Positions 12,527-25,815 are shown, counted from the first letter of the stretch. The stretch is DNA of 64,000 nt from Vicugna vicugna (GCA_013265495.1 MU058198.1:880419-944418); one strand, 5' to 3'. Program-made: numbers and translations. The notes: generated by a model not told the origin, from the sequence alone.

Positions 12527-14189
12527 GCATTTTAGAGAAGGGACCCTGTCTCCTGCCTCCTCCCACACTGAACCTTACGGGGGAAGGCACTGAACAAACT
12601 CCAGGTAGGTTTAGCGGATCTGAGCCTTGGCTGTCCAGCCTCAGAGTAGCTCCTACACAGACCAGCTTGGAATGGTGGATAAGAGGTGGCTGTGAGTGTT
12701 GTCTGAGTAGACTGGTTAGGAGCAGGCTCATTGAGTCCTCAATATCCCCAGCATCTTCCAGGGAGCATGGAAGACATTTTCTGTACCCAAGGTCATCCAA
12801 GGTCACCCAAAGTCAGCATGGTTGGGGCACTGAGAACCTTGCAGTGGGAGTGAAGGGGAATGGCCATCACTGACTCGACACCAGAAAGCGTTAAGAAATC
12901 CCTGTGATGTCACCAAAGAGTAACGATGTTGATTAAAGACCGGACAAGACAAGATACTTCTTAGTGGTTACCAAAGGGATGACCAACGGCCAGATATTTC
13001 CCCTACCAATGCCGTGATGCTGTGTTAGCCTCCCAGAAATTAGATGCGACTAGAAGGAGAAGGCAGAAGGGAATAGACCGTGAAATAAGCAACAAAACGT
13101 TGAATTTGCGGAGTTCTTCCTGCGTTGTCCAAGTTTATCCTCAATTGAATAGGATTAGGTTTACTGCAGACAGATAGAGTGGGGACTCTGGAAAATAATA
13201 AAATTCAGTTATAAGGAAATAAGGAAGATTAAATTTTTGCTCACCTGGGCTTATGACATTTAAATGTGATACCAGCTGCCAAGAGATATGCATTAGCTAC
13301 CAAAGGCAGCACAGACCCATACAATTTGAAAGAGAGGGGTTGGGGCTTGGTGGTGAGTGAGTCAGTAGGGGGTCCCAACAAGCGATTTGAGGAATATCCA
13401 CCATTGTAAAGTGCCTGTCTTTCCTGAATTTTTGCAGAACTGAAGTGGGTAGCCTGGGGACAGATATGGTTTTAATCCTTTTCTTTCTGAAATGCAAGAC
13501 GGAGCCGCAAAATTGAACAAAAAATGATGGACACTTTTGCATCGCTGTCCAATTTGGCCAAGGCTGTATCAGCTCTGCAAGCAAACAAGTATTTGGCATC
13601 CCTCGGCAGGTTTTTCCTCGAGTCTCATTAGTTCCCCAAATGGAACAGCTGCTGCCAAAGCAGTTTGCTCCACCAGCCCTGTGAACACTACCCCGCTACC
13701 CTCCACCCGCCATCGCCCAGCTCCCCCAGCTCTGGAGGAATTAATTTCATCTGTAGCAGAGCCCAGTGGCACCACGGTGATTTCTACTGGCGGCCAAGGG
13801 GCTCCAAACAGCCAAGCTAAACGTGGTGGGGAGGTGAGCTCTGTTGTCCTGGCTGATGGCCAGCAAGACAGGACCCCATTAGTCACAAGCACCTTCCCTG
13901 ATGCTGGGCAGGGCCAGGATAAAGCTGGACAGAAACCACATCCTGAAGGTGGGAGGGGGCCTACGGAGGGGAAAACAGGGCTCAGAGCTCCTCACACTGA
14001 TTTTCTGCATTTAGGCCGACATTCTGGTTTTCCCTGTTCACAGCCGTCCCTGCAAGCGCTTCTTTGCATACATTCTAGTGGCAGCATGCTCAGACTTGAT
14101 TGTGCATGCGTGTACCTGGGGGTTTTGTGACGAAGGCAGGGCCTGGGCTAGTCTTGGGTGTGGCCCGAAACTGCATTTTTTGTGGGTAA

Positions 14190-14425
14190 TTATTATTATT
14201 TCTTATCGTGGTAAAATACACACAGCATAAAATTTACCCTTTATAAGTGCACAGTTCCATGGCTTTATGTACCTTCGCATTGTTGTGCCACCACCACCAC
14301 CACCACCACAATCATCTCCAGAGCTTTTTCAACATCTCAAATGGAAACTCTGCTCGTGAAACGGTAACTCCCCATTCCCCCCACCCCCAGTCCCTGGCAA
14401 CCACCATTCCATTCTGTTTCCTCTA
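14190..14425 (-). mobile_element. LINE-1 3' end fragment (L1MB-like)
   Basis: gtggtaaaatacacacagcataaaatttacc...taactccccattcccc...cctggcaaccaccattc. Confidence 0.85.
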
Positions 14426-14794
14426 AAAATGCCAGCGTTTAGTCACGGAGTTGTTGTCCACCCTCCCCCCAAAACAAAAATCCTTGAGGTGCTGAAATAG
14501 CATGGCATCTGAGTCCAGTCTTGCTGAATCGTGGTAACAGTGCAGGGAGATCTTTCTGGAGCATATTTAATCCTGTGGACCTAAAACTGTGCGTGGGTCT
14601 CTGCATCTGAGACTCCATTTGAAACTGGCTACTTTGGCTGCTGCCTCCAGCCCTGATCTCCAAGGGGCCAGGTGGGGACAGACTCCAAGCCACCCTCTCC
14701 AACCTTCCATATGTCTTTGACCCTAAGAGCCCAACCTTTCCTTGTTGGCCTCTTCTGCCATGTCTGAAAAGCATGGCTAACTTTTACTGAGGGC

Positions 14795-15123
14795 TGTGTT
14801 AGATTTGATGGCTTTTTTCCCCAATTATTTGCTCCTTACATTGGAGCAATTTTCCAGCCCCAAGGACATTGGGGTTGGCCATGTGGCTTGCTTTGGCCAT
14901 GGCATGTAAGTGGATGTGATGGCTGTCTGAGCAAAAGCTTTCAAGCTGTTTCCTGTTTCTGCCAGCTCTCCTGTTCTTTTCCTTCTGCCACAGGAATGGT
15001 CCATCTCAGGGCTTATCCTGGATGGGCACCGCCTTTCATCATGAGACTTGGAAGGAAACTTTTGTGGTTGTAAGCTACTGAAATCTGGGGGTTATTTGAT
15101 GTATAGCACAGCCGATTAATACA
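14795..15123 (+). mobile_element. MaLR LTR (MLT1 family)
   Basis: ggccatgtggcttgctttggcca...ttgtggttgtaagctactgaaatctgggggttatttg...attaataca. Confidence 0.7.
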
Positions 15124-15204
15124 AGGGCTTACCATGTTCTAGGCACTATTCTACATGTATTTATTAATTAATTTTACTCTCATAACGACCTTATGACATA
15201 CATA

Positions 15205-15520
15205 CCGGTCAGGATAAGGTAGGTTTTGCTACAGTAACAAAAATTCCCACATACTCAATGGATCCTCAAGAACTTTTTTTTTTTTAAGTTAAGAACTTAT
15301 TTTTGACTCATGCCATATACCTGCTAAAGTTTGGTAGGGGAATTGGCTCCTCTTTGTTACTGAGGGACCCAGGATGATGGAGGCTCCAATCTTGGCACGT
15401 GGTCACAGTGTAAGAAAGGGCATACAGCAAACGATGCATTGCCTTAGGTGAGACACATCACTGTGCTCAACTTTCACTGGTCAGAACAAGTCACGTGGTG
15501 ACGTATAACTTCAGAAGGTT
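15205..15520 (-). mobile_element. MaLR LTR fragment (MLT1J/K-like)
   Basis: gtcaggataaggtaggttttgctacagtaacaaa...tcactggtcagaacaagtcacgtgg. Confidence 0.65.
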
Positions 15521-17557
15521 GTCTTAATTATACACAGCAGCTCTGCAAAGCAGGTGAGCTCTCTAGTTTACAGGTGAGGGAGCTGAGGCTCAGCAAGGTG
15601 AAGGACATGCTCAAGGTCACACACAGGGGTGGATCTTGCATTGAACTCAGGTCTGTCGGACTTCAAAGTCTGTTCTCCTTACTAAATCCTACTGCCTGGC
15701 AAAAGTTGGTTTCCTTCAGGCCAGAGGACCTGTAGTTTCCACCAGGAGAAGTTGTCTTATTTTCAGACTCACAGTTTTTTCTAGCTCAGTAATTGCAAGC
15801 TAGTGGCCCAAGGGTTGGATTTGACCTCTAGATGTAATTTGTTTGGCTTACACTGTGTTAAAAACATTCATAAAGATTAATTGCAGATATTTAAAATTTA
15901 TTGCTTTCACATACACACTAATCCCCCTTCCCAAGTTCCTGGAAAACTGAAGAGCTTGTCGCACCGGGGCCCCATTTTGCACACAGCAACAAGGAACAGG
16001 GGCTGAGTTGGGCCATCCTTTTTAGATGGTGCTTCGTCATCCCTTCCTGTCCCCCAGCCCAATTCCTCATCTGCCATACCTGCCTGGTCCTGGCAGGCAA
16101 ATGAAGTTGGACTCCTGCCTGAACTCAGCGTAGAGAGTTGCCAGGCAGAAAACCGTCTGGTACCCAACCGGCCGAGATTGGTTTGGGGGCTTGGGGTAGG
16201 GTATGACTTCTCGTCCAAAGAAGTGAGCAAATAGACTGCCCATCAATAAAACTGTAACACAATAATCCAGAGTGGTCCCAGCCACGAGGACAAGCAGGTT
16301 AGACATGCAGGAGCAGGCTCAGGGACAATCAAATTCAATAAATATGAATTTTATATCAGCAAGTTTTTGCCGCCAGCTCATTAAACTGGAGTAATAAGTA
16401 CGGGGCTGAGTACCCACTTAACACACTGCAGCCAGAAGGAGGGTTGATGAGGAACCAGGCAAGGGCCTCACTGGGGGAATCGATACAGGCAACAGGAGGA
16501 CATTCATCACAGCTGCTGAGGAGGCCTGAGAGCACCCCTCCGTGCGCAAAGTGCAGCCCGAGGCGGAGGAGGGGAAGCAGAAAACAGAGCATCATGTGTT
16601 TAACCCAGGGCGGCCTGCCAGTGGTCCTGGTGACATTTCAGGGCTCCTGGCCATCACCTTGCTCCCTGTTGCCTCCTACAGGAATGCTTTTTCTCCCTAT
16701 CCCAGCACAGGTAGCCACATACAGTGGTCCAACTGCACAGCCACAGGGGGTGCCATTGCCACCGGGTCTATGTGAGTGTCCCCTGGGCTGGCGCTGCATG
16801 TAGTCTTTACAGCTGCACGTGGGGCCTGGTTCCTGTACATCCGAGTCCCACTCATCCTTCCCGGTAGAGTTCAAATGTCAGGCCCCCCAGAAGCCCCTCC
16901 CCACCCCTCCTCTGACCTGCCTCTACTTTTTCCCGTCTCAGTGTGGGGGCTTTACCATTTCTCCAGGGAGTTCTTCCCTGACCAGCCCCCTGCCCCTCAA
17001 CCTAAATGTGCTTTCTCTTCTTATGCTCTCTCATAACATCGTATTCTTTTAATTCGTGGCATTTATCCCAATTTGTAATTAAATATTTATCTGCACCATT
17101 ATTATTTCATGTTCTTTTCTGCAGCTGGGCTGTAACCTGCCTAAGAGCAGGGGACCGAGCCTTGCTTTGTCCACAGCAGTTGTCTCACTCCCGGCACATT
17201 GTAGGTGCTCAATACATAATAACTAAAGGAAAGTGCATGCCTACCACTTCATTTACTATGCTGCAGGCTAAGAGAGGCCAGGTACAGGCTTCATTCATGG
17301 TTGGGTGCCTTGAGTGCTTAGCAAAAGCCTAGCACACAGTAGGTACTCAGTGAGGACCTACCTGAGCAGTAAATGATGTGAGCTTCCAAATCGGGTGGCT
17401 TAAATTTGCTCTGGCCTTTCCCAAGGCACACATCCCTTCCCAGACCTTCACCATTTGTTTCGATTCCTCTGTCCTTCTCCAACTTCCTGTCTGACAGCTT
17501 TGAGTATGTAATGGACAAACATGGACTCCAATCATAGATCAGTATCAACGCCCAGCT

Positions 17558-17771
17558 CTGAGGTTTACAAACTATGGTGCGCCGGTCAAGTCCTGTCTAC
17601 TGCCCGGCATGTGAATAAAATTGTCCTGAGACGCAGTCAAGCCCATTTGTTCACATGTTGTAGCTTTTGTGTTCTGATGGCAGAGTTAAGTAGTTCCCAC
17701 AGAGACCATATGGCCCATGAGCCTAATTTTCCATGACCTGAGCCCTTACAGAAAAGCTTTGGTGACCCTTG
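17558..17771 (+). mobile_element. MER58A (hAT-Charlie)
   Basis: caaactatgg...gtgaataaaattg...gcagagttaagtagtt...cagagaccatatggccc...cttacagaaaagctttggtgaccctt. Confidence 0.8.
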
Positions 17772-17974
17772 CTCTGGCTCAATAGCTTTGAATAAATAGT
17801 TTAAACTTTTCTGAAACTCAGAGTTCTTACTGTTAAAGGACTTTTAATACCCGCTTCATAAGGTGGTTGGAAAGGTTCACATACGTGTTCAGTAAATGCT
17901 TGTTTTCTCTCTTCCTTTCCTTTGTAAAGAGAAGTCTGCTCCCTCTTCTGTGTCCCAACAGATTTCCTATTTTT

Positions 17975-18240
17975 GGTCACTTATTCAACAAACATTTATT
18001 GAGCACCAGCTGTGTGCTAAATATTTTGGTAGATACTGAGGATTCAGTGGTAAACCAATAGACTCTGGCCTCGTGGGTTTCCTGGAGGCATAAACAGGTA
18101 ACCTGAACCCAGTGTGCGGAGTGCTGGAGAGCAGGAGCCCGGGGAAATGGGAGTGCACAGCGGGCAGCTGATGCTGCCTGTGCAGGCCGGGAAGGCATCC
18201 TGGAGGAAGCGGCCTTTAGGCTGGAACCTGAAGTGGGGGG
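17975..18240 (-). mobile_element. LINE-2 3' fragment
   Basis: ttattcaacaaacatttattgagcaccagctgtgtgc...gatactgaggattcagtgg...ggaaggcatcctggaggaag. Confidence 0.75.
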
Positions 18241-19647
18241 TGGGGTGGGGAAAGAACTTAGATGGACCAGTCCCAGGATTACCACTAAGCTTGTACTTCC
18301 TGGAGCACAGGATGGGATGCTGACTGAGGCCCTGCCTCCTCCCAGTGGAGATGAAGCTGCAGAGGGAGAGCAGTGAGCCATGAGGCTGGGCAGGAAAGCA
18401 GGGGTTTGTCTTAAAGGCCTGAAAGAGCCTCTTGCTTCAGGTCCACCTCTAGGAATGTGGGTGCCGATCCTAGGGCAGCCCCTGGCTGGGGGTGGGCCGG
18501 CGCTATGGGATGAGGATGTTGGAGCCCCTGGCTCCCGGGGAAGGGGCAATAATGCCCATGTGTTTGCAATTAAGCCTTCAGTGTCACCAACACAAGGGCC
18601 TGCAGGGCCAGCTGAAGAACCCCCTTGGGGGTTGGCCAGGTGACTAAGCACTGTATGTGGGATGACTGTACCCCTCAGTCTAAAGTGGGTGGACACCACC
18701 TGGATCCATGCGTGTTGCCATGGTAAATCTCGAAAGTCTAGAATTCTGTATTTTAATATTGATCACTGACCTTTATTGAGCATTTAGTCTCTGCCAGACA
18801 CTCATCTATAAGCTTTCTGTTAATGAGCATGTTTAATACTCTCAGGTGCCTGTGAGGCATGAGCTGCTATTACCCTATTTGGCATCTGAGGAAACTGAGA
18901 TCCAGAGTATGTAAGTGGCACGGCTGGAGTGGGGCTTTGAGCCCCGGGACCCTGACCAGGTTCTTTACCAAACCCTAGGTGAGGAACGGGAGTGGGGAGA
19001 CTAAATAGCTGGCCAAAGAAAAATTCAAGGCTGCCAGCTTTAGGCCTCTGATTAAGGAAAAAAAAATGAACTTCATAAATGTAAAATGATGATGGATTAA
19101 AAAGTTGGCTCAAAAATATAAAACATCAGTATTTCAAAAGCTGCCTTGTCCTTTCTTGGATCAAGATGTACCAAGCATTAGGGAAGGATGCCTGTGATGT
19201 GATTCTCAAGCTTCAGGGTGCATAAGGCTCTTTCTGGGATGTTTATTTAAAATGCAGACTTCTGATCCTGTGGTGAGAGCATTTGATTCAAAGACCAGGG
19301 GCAGGGCCCAGGAATATGCATTTTAACATGCATCTCAGTTTGATTCTGCTGTGAGTGAATCCAGGACCACTTTTCAAGAAGTGGGGCAACATAGGGGACC
19401 AGGAAAGGTCTGATCCAGCCTCCAAGTGGGCAATCAAGAGGATGGGCTGCTGCTTCTGTCTGAGCATCAAATCAAGGAAAAAACTCTGCATTTGAGATCA
19501 GAAATGGTGGCCACACCAGTTCTCAGCCACATGCCCACCCTGGGAGGGCCACTTAATCCCTGAGACTTGGACTCCTCAGTTTCCTCATCTGTAAAGTAGA
19601 CCTAATATTGTGCCAAGGACCAAATTCATTAGCTTCTTAGCTATGTA

Positions 19648-19823
19648 ATTTTTTTTTAAATTATTTTATTTTTGGCTGGGGTGGGATTAGGCTGGCTTGC
19701 TTGCTTATTTATTTATTTATTTATTTATTTATATTTAGTTTTAGAGGCAGTCCTGGGGATTGAACCCAGGACCTTGTGCATGGTAAGCATGTGCTCTACC
19801 ACTTGAGCTATACCCTCCCCCTC
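19648..19823 (-). mobile_element. Vic-1-type SINE inserted into a MIR
   Basis: ggggattgaacccaggaccttgtgcatggtaagcatgtgctctaccacttgagctataccctcccc with a (TTTA)n tail. TSD tagct(a/g)tgta at 19638-19647 and 19824-19833. Confidence 0.92.
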
Positions 19824-20169
19824 TAGCTGTGTAGTATTGAGAAAGTCACAAAACCCCTCTGAGCCTCAGTTTCTCAAACATCAAATGGTCAATAATTATA
19901 GTGAAGATATTATAAGGCTAGATAATAAAATTATTTTATTATATAATAATAATAATTTTAACAATAAATATTGATAATACATTTTTACTAAGAAGATTAA
20001 AAATAATTTACAACAAGACTATTGGGGAAATTGAATGGGAGGGGAGGGGATTATAGGCAAGTGATTAGGATAAATGTTTCTTCTCTGCTCCCTCCTACAT
20101 TTATTGGTCTAGTTAATTGCTTCCTATGGGTGAATTTATTGCTTTGGAAGGAGATGAGGGTTCACAGTA

Positions 20170-20330
20170 GGCACTTAGTCCAGTTGGTTAAGATGTGCAG
20201 TTAATGAGAACCCAATTGTGATCTGATCCCCAGGGTGTTGGGGATTTAGTTGTTACTATTCAGAAGCGCCCCCCCTACCCCCCAGGGGTTTCCTCATTCC
20301 AGTTGGCAGCCCCTGCCAACCTAGGGAGTT
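20170..20330 (+). mobile_element. Very old tRNA-Ile-derived SINE remnant (MamSINE1-like)
   Basis: ggcacttagtccagttggttaagatgtgcagttaatgag...gatcccc aligns by eye with the tRNA-Ile(AAT) head GGCCGGTTAGCTCAGTTGGTTAGAGCGTGGTGCTAAT...GATCCCC. Confidence 0.45.
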
Positions 20331-21911
20331 GGCAGATCAGGGTAGCCAAGGGCGGGAAGGAGGAGGGAGGCGGTCATCCATCACCACTACCAGCCAGCCC
20401 CCATCACAAGACACAGGTTCCCCTCAGCCACAATCAGCAGTAGCATTCTTGAGTGGGAAGACAGCTCGTTATTATGAGTTTATTAATGGCTGGTTTAGCG
20501 GGGCAGGAAAAGCTCACTGGGTGTCCTGGAAGGCCAGATAGACTAGGCTGGCAAGTAGCCCAGCCATGCCAGTGGGTACCTGGAAAGCTTCGGAAGCAGC
20601 CTCTGGGTCCCTTCCCCAGTCTCTCAGGAGGATTTTCATCAATCTGTAGGGGACTCTGGGAAAGTATCCTGGCCTTCATAAAAAGCTGGCAAAGAGGGAA
20701 ACTTGTATGTGGAGAACATATCAGTGGAAGAGGTGACTCCAGAGTATGTTATGTGTTCGATGAACCCACGTTGACACCATCCCCACCTTTGGAGAGAACA
20801 GACTACTTCCTGCTTGGTTCCCTACGATACCTGAGCACCCGTACTGCTTCACTGTACCTGTTTGTTTATTCATGGTAATTGTTGGTTGCACGATACCTGA
20901 AACATTGTTCTTGGAAAAAAAATAGAAAATTACAGATAGATCTAAAGACTCCTTTGTCCTCCATTCTCATCCCAGTACCCTTCTAGGGTAGTCATGGTTT
21001 TTATTTTTGTGTACACCTTTCCAACTGAATGATAGCAATAATAATACCCACGCATTAGTATTGATAAGAGCAAACGCCCATTGAGCACTGTGTACCAGCC
21101 TTATATTAGCTCATTTAATCTTCACAACAACCCCATTTTATAGATGAGGAAACTGAGGCTCAAAGGATTTCAGAAGTCTTCCTAAGGTTGCACAACCAGT
21201 AAATGCTGTAATTGGAAGGTGAGTCCTGAAACTCTGAGTCTAGAGTCTTGCCCTCAACCATTATGTTGTACTGCCTTCCACATACATGTTTATATATGCA
21301 CTGAAGATAAATGCTGTTGAAGATAAAAGTGTGTGTGTGTCCACATGAATTGGTGTGCAGAGTGGTTTATTTTTAAAACATAAATGGTGTCATTTATCTA
21401 TCAAATTTTTCTTTCTGCTATTGCTCTCCCTTTTTTTTTTTCCAATTTTTTTCAACCAGCAATGTGTCTTGGAATTTTTGCCCTGCCAATAGAAAAATAG
21501 ACTTACTTCATTATCTTTAATGGCTGTTAAGCATTTTATGGACCTCATGGATTGCAAATATAATGATCTTTTGGTTTTCTTTTTCTGTCATTCCCTTGCT
21601 GATGAACGCAGTTAGGTTTTTCCTTTCTGCTTTATTTTCAACTAAATTTTACCTTTGCATTTTAATAAAAAATGTACCTTTTTAAAGACTAAGGATTTAC
21701 ATTTTGGCAAAGGATATTGCCCTGTGTGTTGACTGTGCACCCCTTCTTATTGGCCATGCATCTTGCCTCATCTAAGCATGTCTGGTCTTGCACTAGACCA
21801 AGCAATCTGAGGATACAGACTGTGTCCTAGCTCCTTCTGTATCCCCGGTGCTAGAATTGTGCCTGGAGTGTAGGGGCTCAGTGAATGTTTGAATGAATCA
21901 ATGACTGAATG

Positions 21912-22436
21912 GTATATTAGTTATCTATTTCTGCCTAATAAATTACCACAAGACTTAGCGACTTAGAAGACCACATATTATTATTGCACAGTTTTGGTGG
22001 GTCAGAAATTTAGGCAGAGCTCAGGTCCTGGGGCTCAGGGTCTCTCCTGGGTTGCAATCAAGTTGTTGGGGGCAGCGGGACTCGAGTGTCTCAAGTTTCA
22101 AGAGGTGAAGGATCTGCTTTCAGACTCATGTGGTTGTTGGTAGGATTAAATTCCCCATGACTGTTGGAACGGATGCTTCAGCTCTTCTTGTTTGTTGACA
22201 AATGGGTCTCTCCAACATGACTGCTTGCCTTATCAAAATGTGCAAGCTATGAAGGTGATAGTCTTCTAACAAAACAGAAGTCACAATCTTTTGTAACTAA
22301 TCACGGGACAAATGGGAAATGACTTTCCCATCACTTTTGACATGTTCTTCTGATTAGAAGCAAGCCACGAGTCTTGTGCACACTCAGAGGGAGGAGTTTA
22401 CATACAGGGGTGAATACCAGGAAGTAGGGATCACTC
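21912..22436 (-). mobile_element. MaLR LTR (MLT1E/F-like)
   Basis: tattagttatctatttctg...taaattaccacaagacttagcgactta...attagaagcaagccac...gtgaataccaggaagtagggatca. Confidence 0.85.
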
Positions 22437-22849
22437 AGAGAGTTTAAGTGATTTGCCTAAGATCACACAGCCAGCAAGAGGAAGAGCCAGGATTTGAATC
22501 TAGGAATTATTCTATGAATTTAAGCATTAAAACAGGCCAGTCTTGAGATTTGCTTGACATATTCCAAAGTACAAGGGTCCATGATGCAAGTGTTACAAAG
22601 AGGCATCCTTGTGTGCTGGAAAGAGAAGGGGACGTTAGTGGCAGGAGACCTAAGTTTGAATCCTGGCCATGCAACTTCTTGCTGTGTGACTCTGGGCACG
22701 GCCTCCAGTTATCTTTCCTGAGTCTCAGTCTTCTCATCTGCAAATGGGGCTGTTGTGAGGATTAACATGATAACAAAAGTATATAAAGTGCTCTTCAGAT
22801 TGCTCAGCAAGCAGTCTGCACCCTGTGGATGCAGCTGCTGTTTTCATGG

Positions 22850-23700
22850 AAGCTGGCCAGACAGTGGTCTTGTTTATACACGTGTATTACACGCTTCTGA
22901 AAGCTTCTTCAAAACCCAATTATTAATCGTTAATGGGCTGAGTCTGGGGCGCTCGTTCTGAGGTGTCATTTATGATGGCTATTTGCCGTTTGTTGATTTT
23001 GCACACACAAACCCACTTGATTAAGAATTGATGAAAAAATCCATAATTCAAGCAAATAAAGAATGCTCCATGAGAGGAAATCTTGACAGCCGTGAAATTA
23101 GTGCATGAATATGGTTGCCATGGTTAATCGTGACTGAATAACTGACCTCGGTGGGAAACTGCCACGTTAGACAATGGATAGCAAGGGAACTTACCCACTG
23201 GGGGCTGAGGACGGCTCCCAGAAGGTGCACACTAGGTGGTGGGTTTTAAGCAGATGGTCACCCCTTGATCGATGGGTTTCAGACCAATTGAGAAATTAAT
23301 AGATGACAGGAGTGAGACAGGGACGAAAATATTAAGTCCGTTGCTGGCTACTCTCGATTGAGGAATAGAGCTTGGACCTGTGGCTCTAATCAGCCTTCTT
23401 AATACGCTTCCTCTGGTCTAGAATTCTTATAGGGAGAGCTGGACTGAAGAAGAAAGGGAGAGAGGGGAAGGGGAGGAGGACGGAGAGGGAAATGAGATGT
23501 CAAAGGTAACAATGGACCAATAGAGCTCAGACTCTTGTCAACTAGCCAATCAGATCATTGCTCCGCCTCCTGGGGGAGGAGTCAGTGAGAGGTGGAAGGA
23601 AAGGTAAAAGCTTATTCATCCAGTAATGGTTTGACTCTCTATAAGTCAGCCTGGACAGTGGGTGAAGGAGACTCTGGTTCACCCTTCATCAGACAGTGAT
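22850..23700. promoter_or_regulatory. Candidate enhancer (RFX/SOX/RBPJ/homeodomain motif cluster)
   Basis: Repeat-free block containing an X-box-like GTTGCCATGGTTAA (23114-23127), GTGGGAAA (23151-23158), ACAATGG (23171-23177 and 23509-23515) and several TAAT/ATTA cores. Confidence 0.45.
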
Positions 23701-24984
23701 CATCATAATTGCACCAAATATTTACTGAGTTTTTACTGTGTGTAAGGCATTGTGCCAAGCCCTGTAAATGAATTATCTCTTTTAATCCTCACAGCAAACC
23801 TTTGAAAGGGAGAATCAAATTAACTCCATTTTACAAATGAGGGTATTGGGGCTGTGACACTGTATCAACAAGCCAAAGTAGTAAATGTCAGAATGAGACT
23901 CAAATCCAAGTCTATCTGCTCTGAAACTCTGTGTTTTTTAAATGGCAGTTTTCTAAAAAGATGATCCACGTGCTTTCTGATTCAGAATCATCAGAGATGT
24001 GTTTTAAAAGTGCAGATTTCCAACCTGCCTGACTCAGGCGGTCTTGAGGACTGGCACAGGGATACACACATTAAGTAAGGACCCTTGGTGATTCTAATGC
24101 ACACCAAAGTTGGACTATGATTGCAATGGAAGGATAGATTTCCAATTCAGCTTTTCTAATTTACCTTTGGGACAAGAAAATGGGCACTTGTTTGCAAAGA
24201 GGATTTTTTTTTTCCTTACTGATTTTTACTAATTTATTGAATCTGGCAACTCGTTTGGAGCTGGGCCTCCCTCCTCTCAGGTATCTGAATTCCTGCAAAG
24301 CCCTGGATGTTACCCCTGGTACATCTTTTCTTACATTATTCAATCTAGAAATGTTTCCCCTTGGCCCAGTGGTGACCCCTATATACCAAGAGAGGTCAAG
24401 AGCAGAGGCACTGCCTTCTGAAAAGCTGACACCACCCTCCCCTTTTTGCTTTTCAGGACATGGTTATTCACATAGACTAGCATAGCTAAATGATTCATTT
24501 GCATAGATTTGCATTCATTGGGGATGTGCCTGGATTCTTCTAATTCATGTGGATCTATGCTTGAGTGTGCTCTGTATATCGCAACGTTCTGTCCTCCCAG
24601 TGGGCCTAATTTAACTCTGATTTCAATGGTTTTATTTATTTATTTTTTAATTAAACTAAAAATTTTTCCCCCATGGGGGACAGTTGGCTTTGGGAATCTA
24701 ACTTGATTGCTGGGACAGGTGCAGTTTCTTTTATTGGCCAATGGGAGGCAGTGCAGAGTAGTGGTTAACAGTATGGACTCAACAGTTAGATCTGGGGTCT
24801 AAATCCTGGTTTATCAACTTGCTAGCTATTTAACATTGAGGAAATCATTTAACTGTCCCAGAGCTGTGTTTGGGAATGATAATAGTGCCTACCTACTAGT
24901 GTTGTTGTGGGGATTAACTGCATGTAAAGCATTTGCCTGGCACATGGCTCATACGAGGTGGCACATGACTTAGGAAATGGTAGC

Positions 24985-25400
24985 CCCTGAAAAGCATGAT
25001 TGAATTTGGCTACTCACCAGTCCTATTTTCTGTTCCTGGGAACACAGGAAGAATATGTTTTCTAGCCTCCTATACGATGAAATTGGGACCACATGACTGG
25101 GTTCCATCCAATGGAAATGGGTTGAAGTGATCTGACCCTTTTCTAGGCTTGGCCACAAAACCCCTTATTAATTGTCCACGATTCTCCTTGCCTTTGGTAG
25201 TGACTGTTCAGGCCACATTTTGAAGATTATGGCATCATTATATGCAACGAGCCAGAACGTATAAAAAAAGAGCTTCCCATGAGAGCTCCTCAACCCTCAT
25301 TAGACTGTAATGTGTGTAAGACATGAATTTTGTTTGTTAAGCCGCTAAGATTTTGGAGATGTTTGCCATAGCAGCTAGTGTCAATTACCCTGACAGATAT
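24985..25400 (+). mobile_element. MaLR LTR (MLT1J-like)
   Basis: gaccacatgactgggttccatccaatggaaatgg...tttgttaagccgctaagattttggag...gcagctagtg...accctgacagata. Confidence 0.75.
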
Positions 25401-25589
25401 GGTCAACTGTTCTCTGTTTTTGAAGGAGGGTGAGGGCAAGAGAGAGAGGGACTGAGTAAGCAGGAATTATGGTGTCTAGGAGAAGATGTGGACTCTGGGT
25501 CAGACGTAGTTACTGGCTGTGGGACTGTGGGTAAATTTCGTTGCCAGTCTGAACTACAGTTTTCTCAAATGCGTGGTTATAATGTGCTA

Positions 25590-25815
25590 AGGACAACTGG
25601 CCTGGGCTTAAACCCCAGCTCTGCCGCTGCCTAGGTTTGTCATCTTGGACACATTATGTACTCTCCCTGAGCCTCAGTTTCCTCATCTGTAAAATGGTGG
25701 GTAGTAACGTACCCTCTTTCTAAGGTCGTTTTCAGGATTCGATGAGCTAATACGTGTAAACTGCTTAGAACCGTAGCACAGAGAAAATCCTCAATAAATA
25801 TTAGCTGTTATTATG
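25590..25815 (+). mobile_element. MIR SINE
   Basis: gagcctcagtttcctcatctgtaaaatgg...gatgagctaatacgtgtaaactgcttagaac...tcaataaatattagctgttatt. Confidence 0.88.

Noticed and set aside
17977..18699. 240-aa minus-strand ORF
   Set aside because: Non-ATG start, low-complexity P/S/A/G composition, runs into an L2 fragment, no recognisable domain.
19900..20010. Very AT-rich stretch as a possible structural element
   Set aside because: Low-complexity (TAA)-type expansion at the tail of a MIR; no other support.
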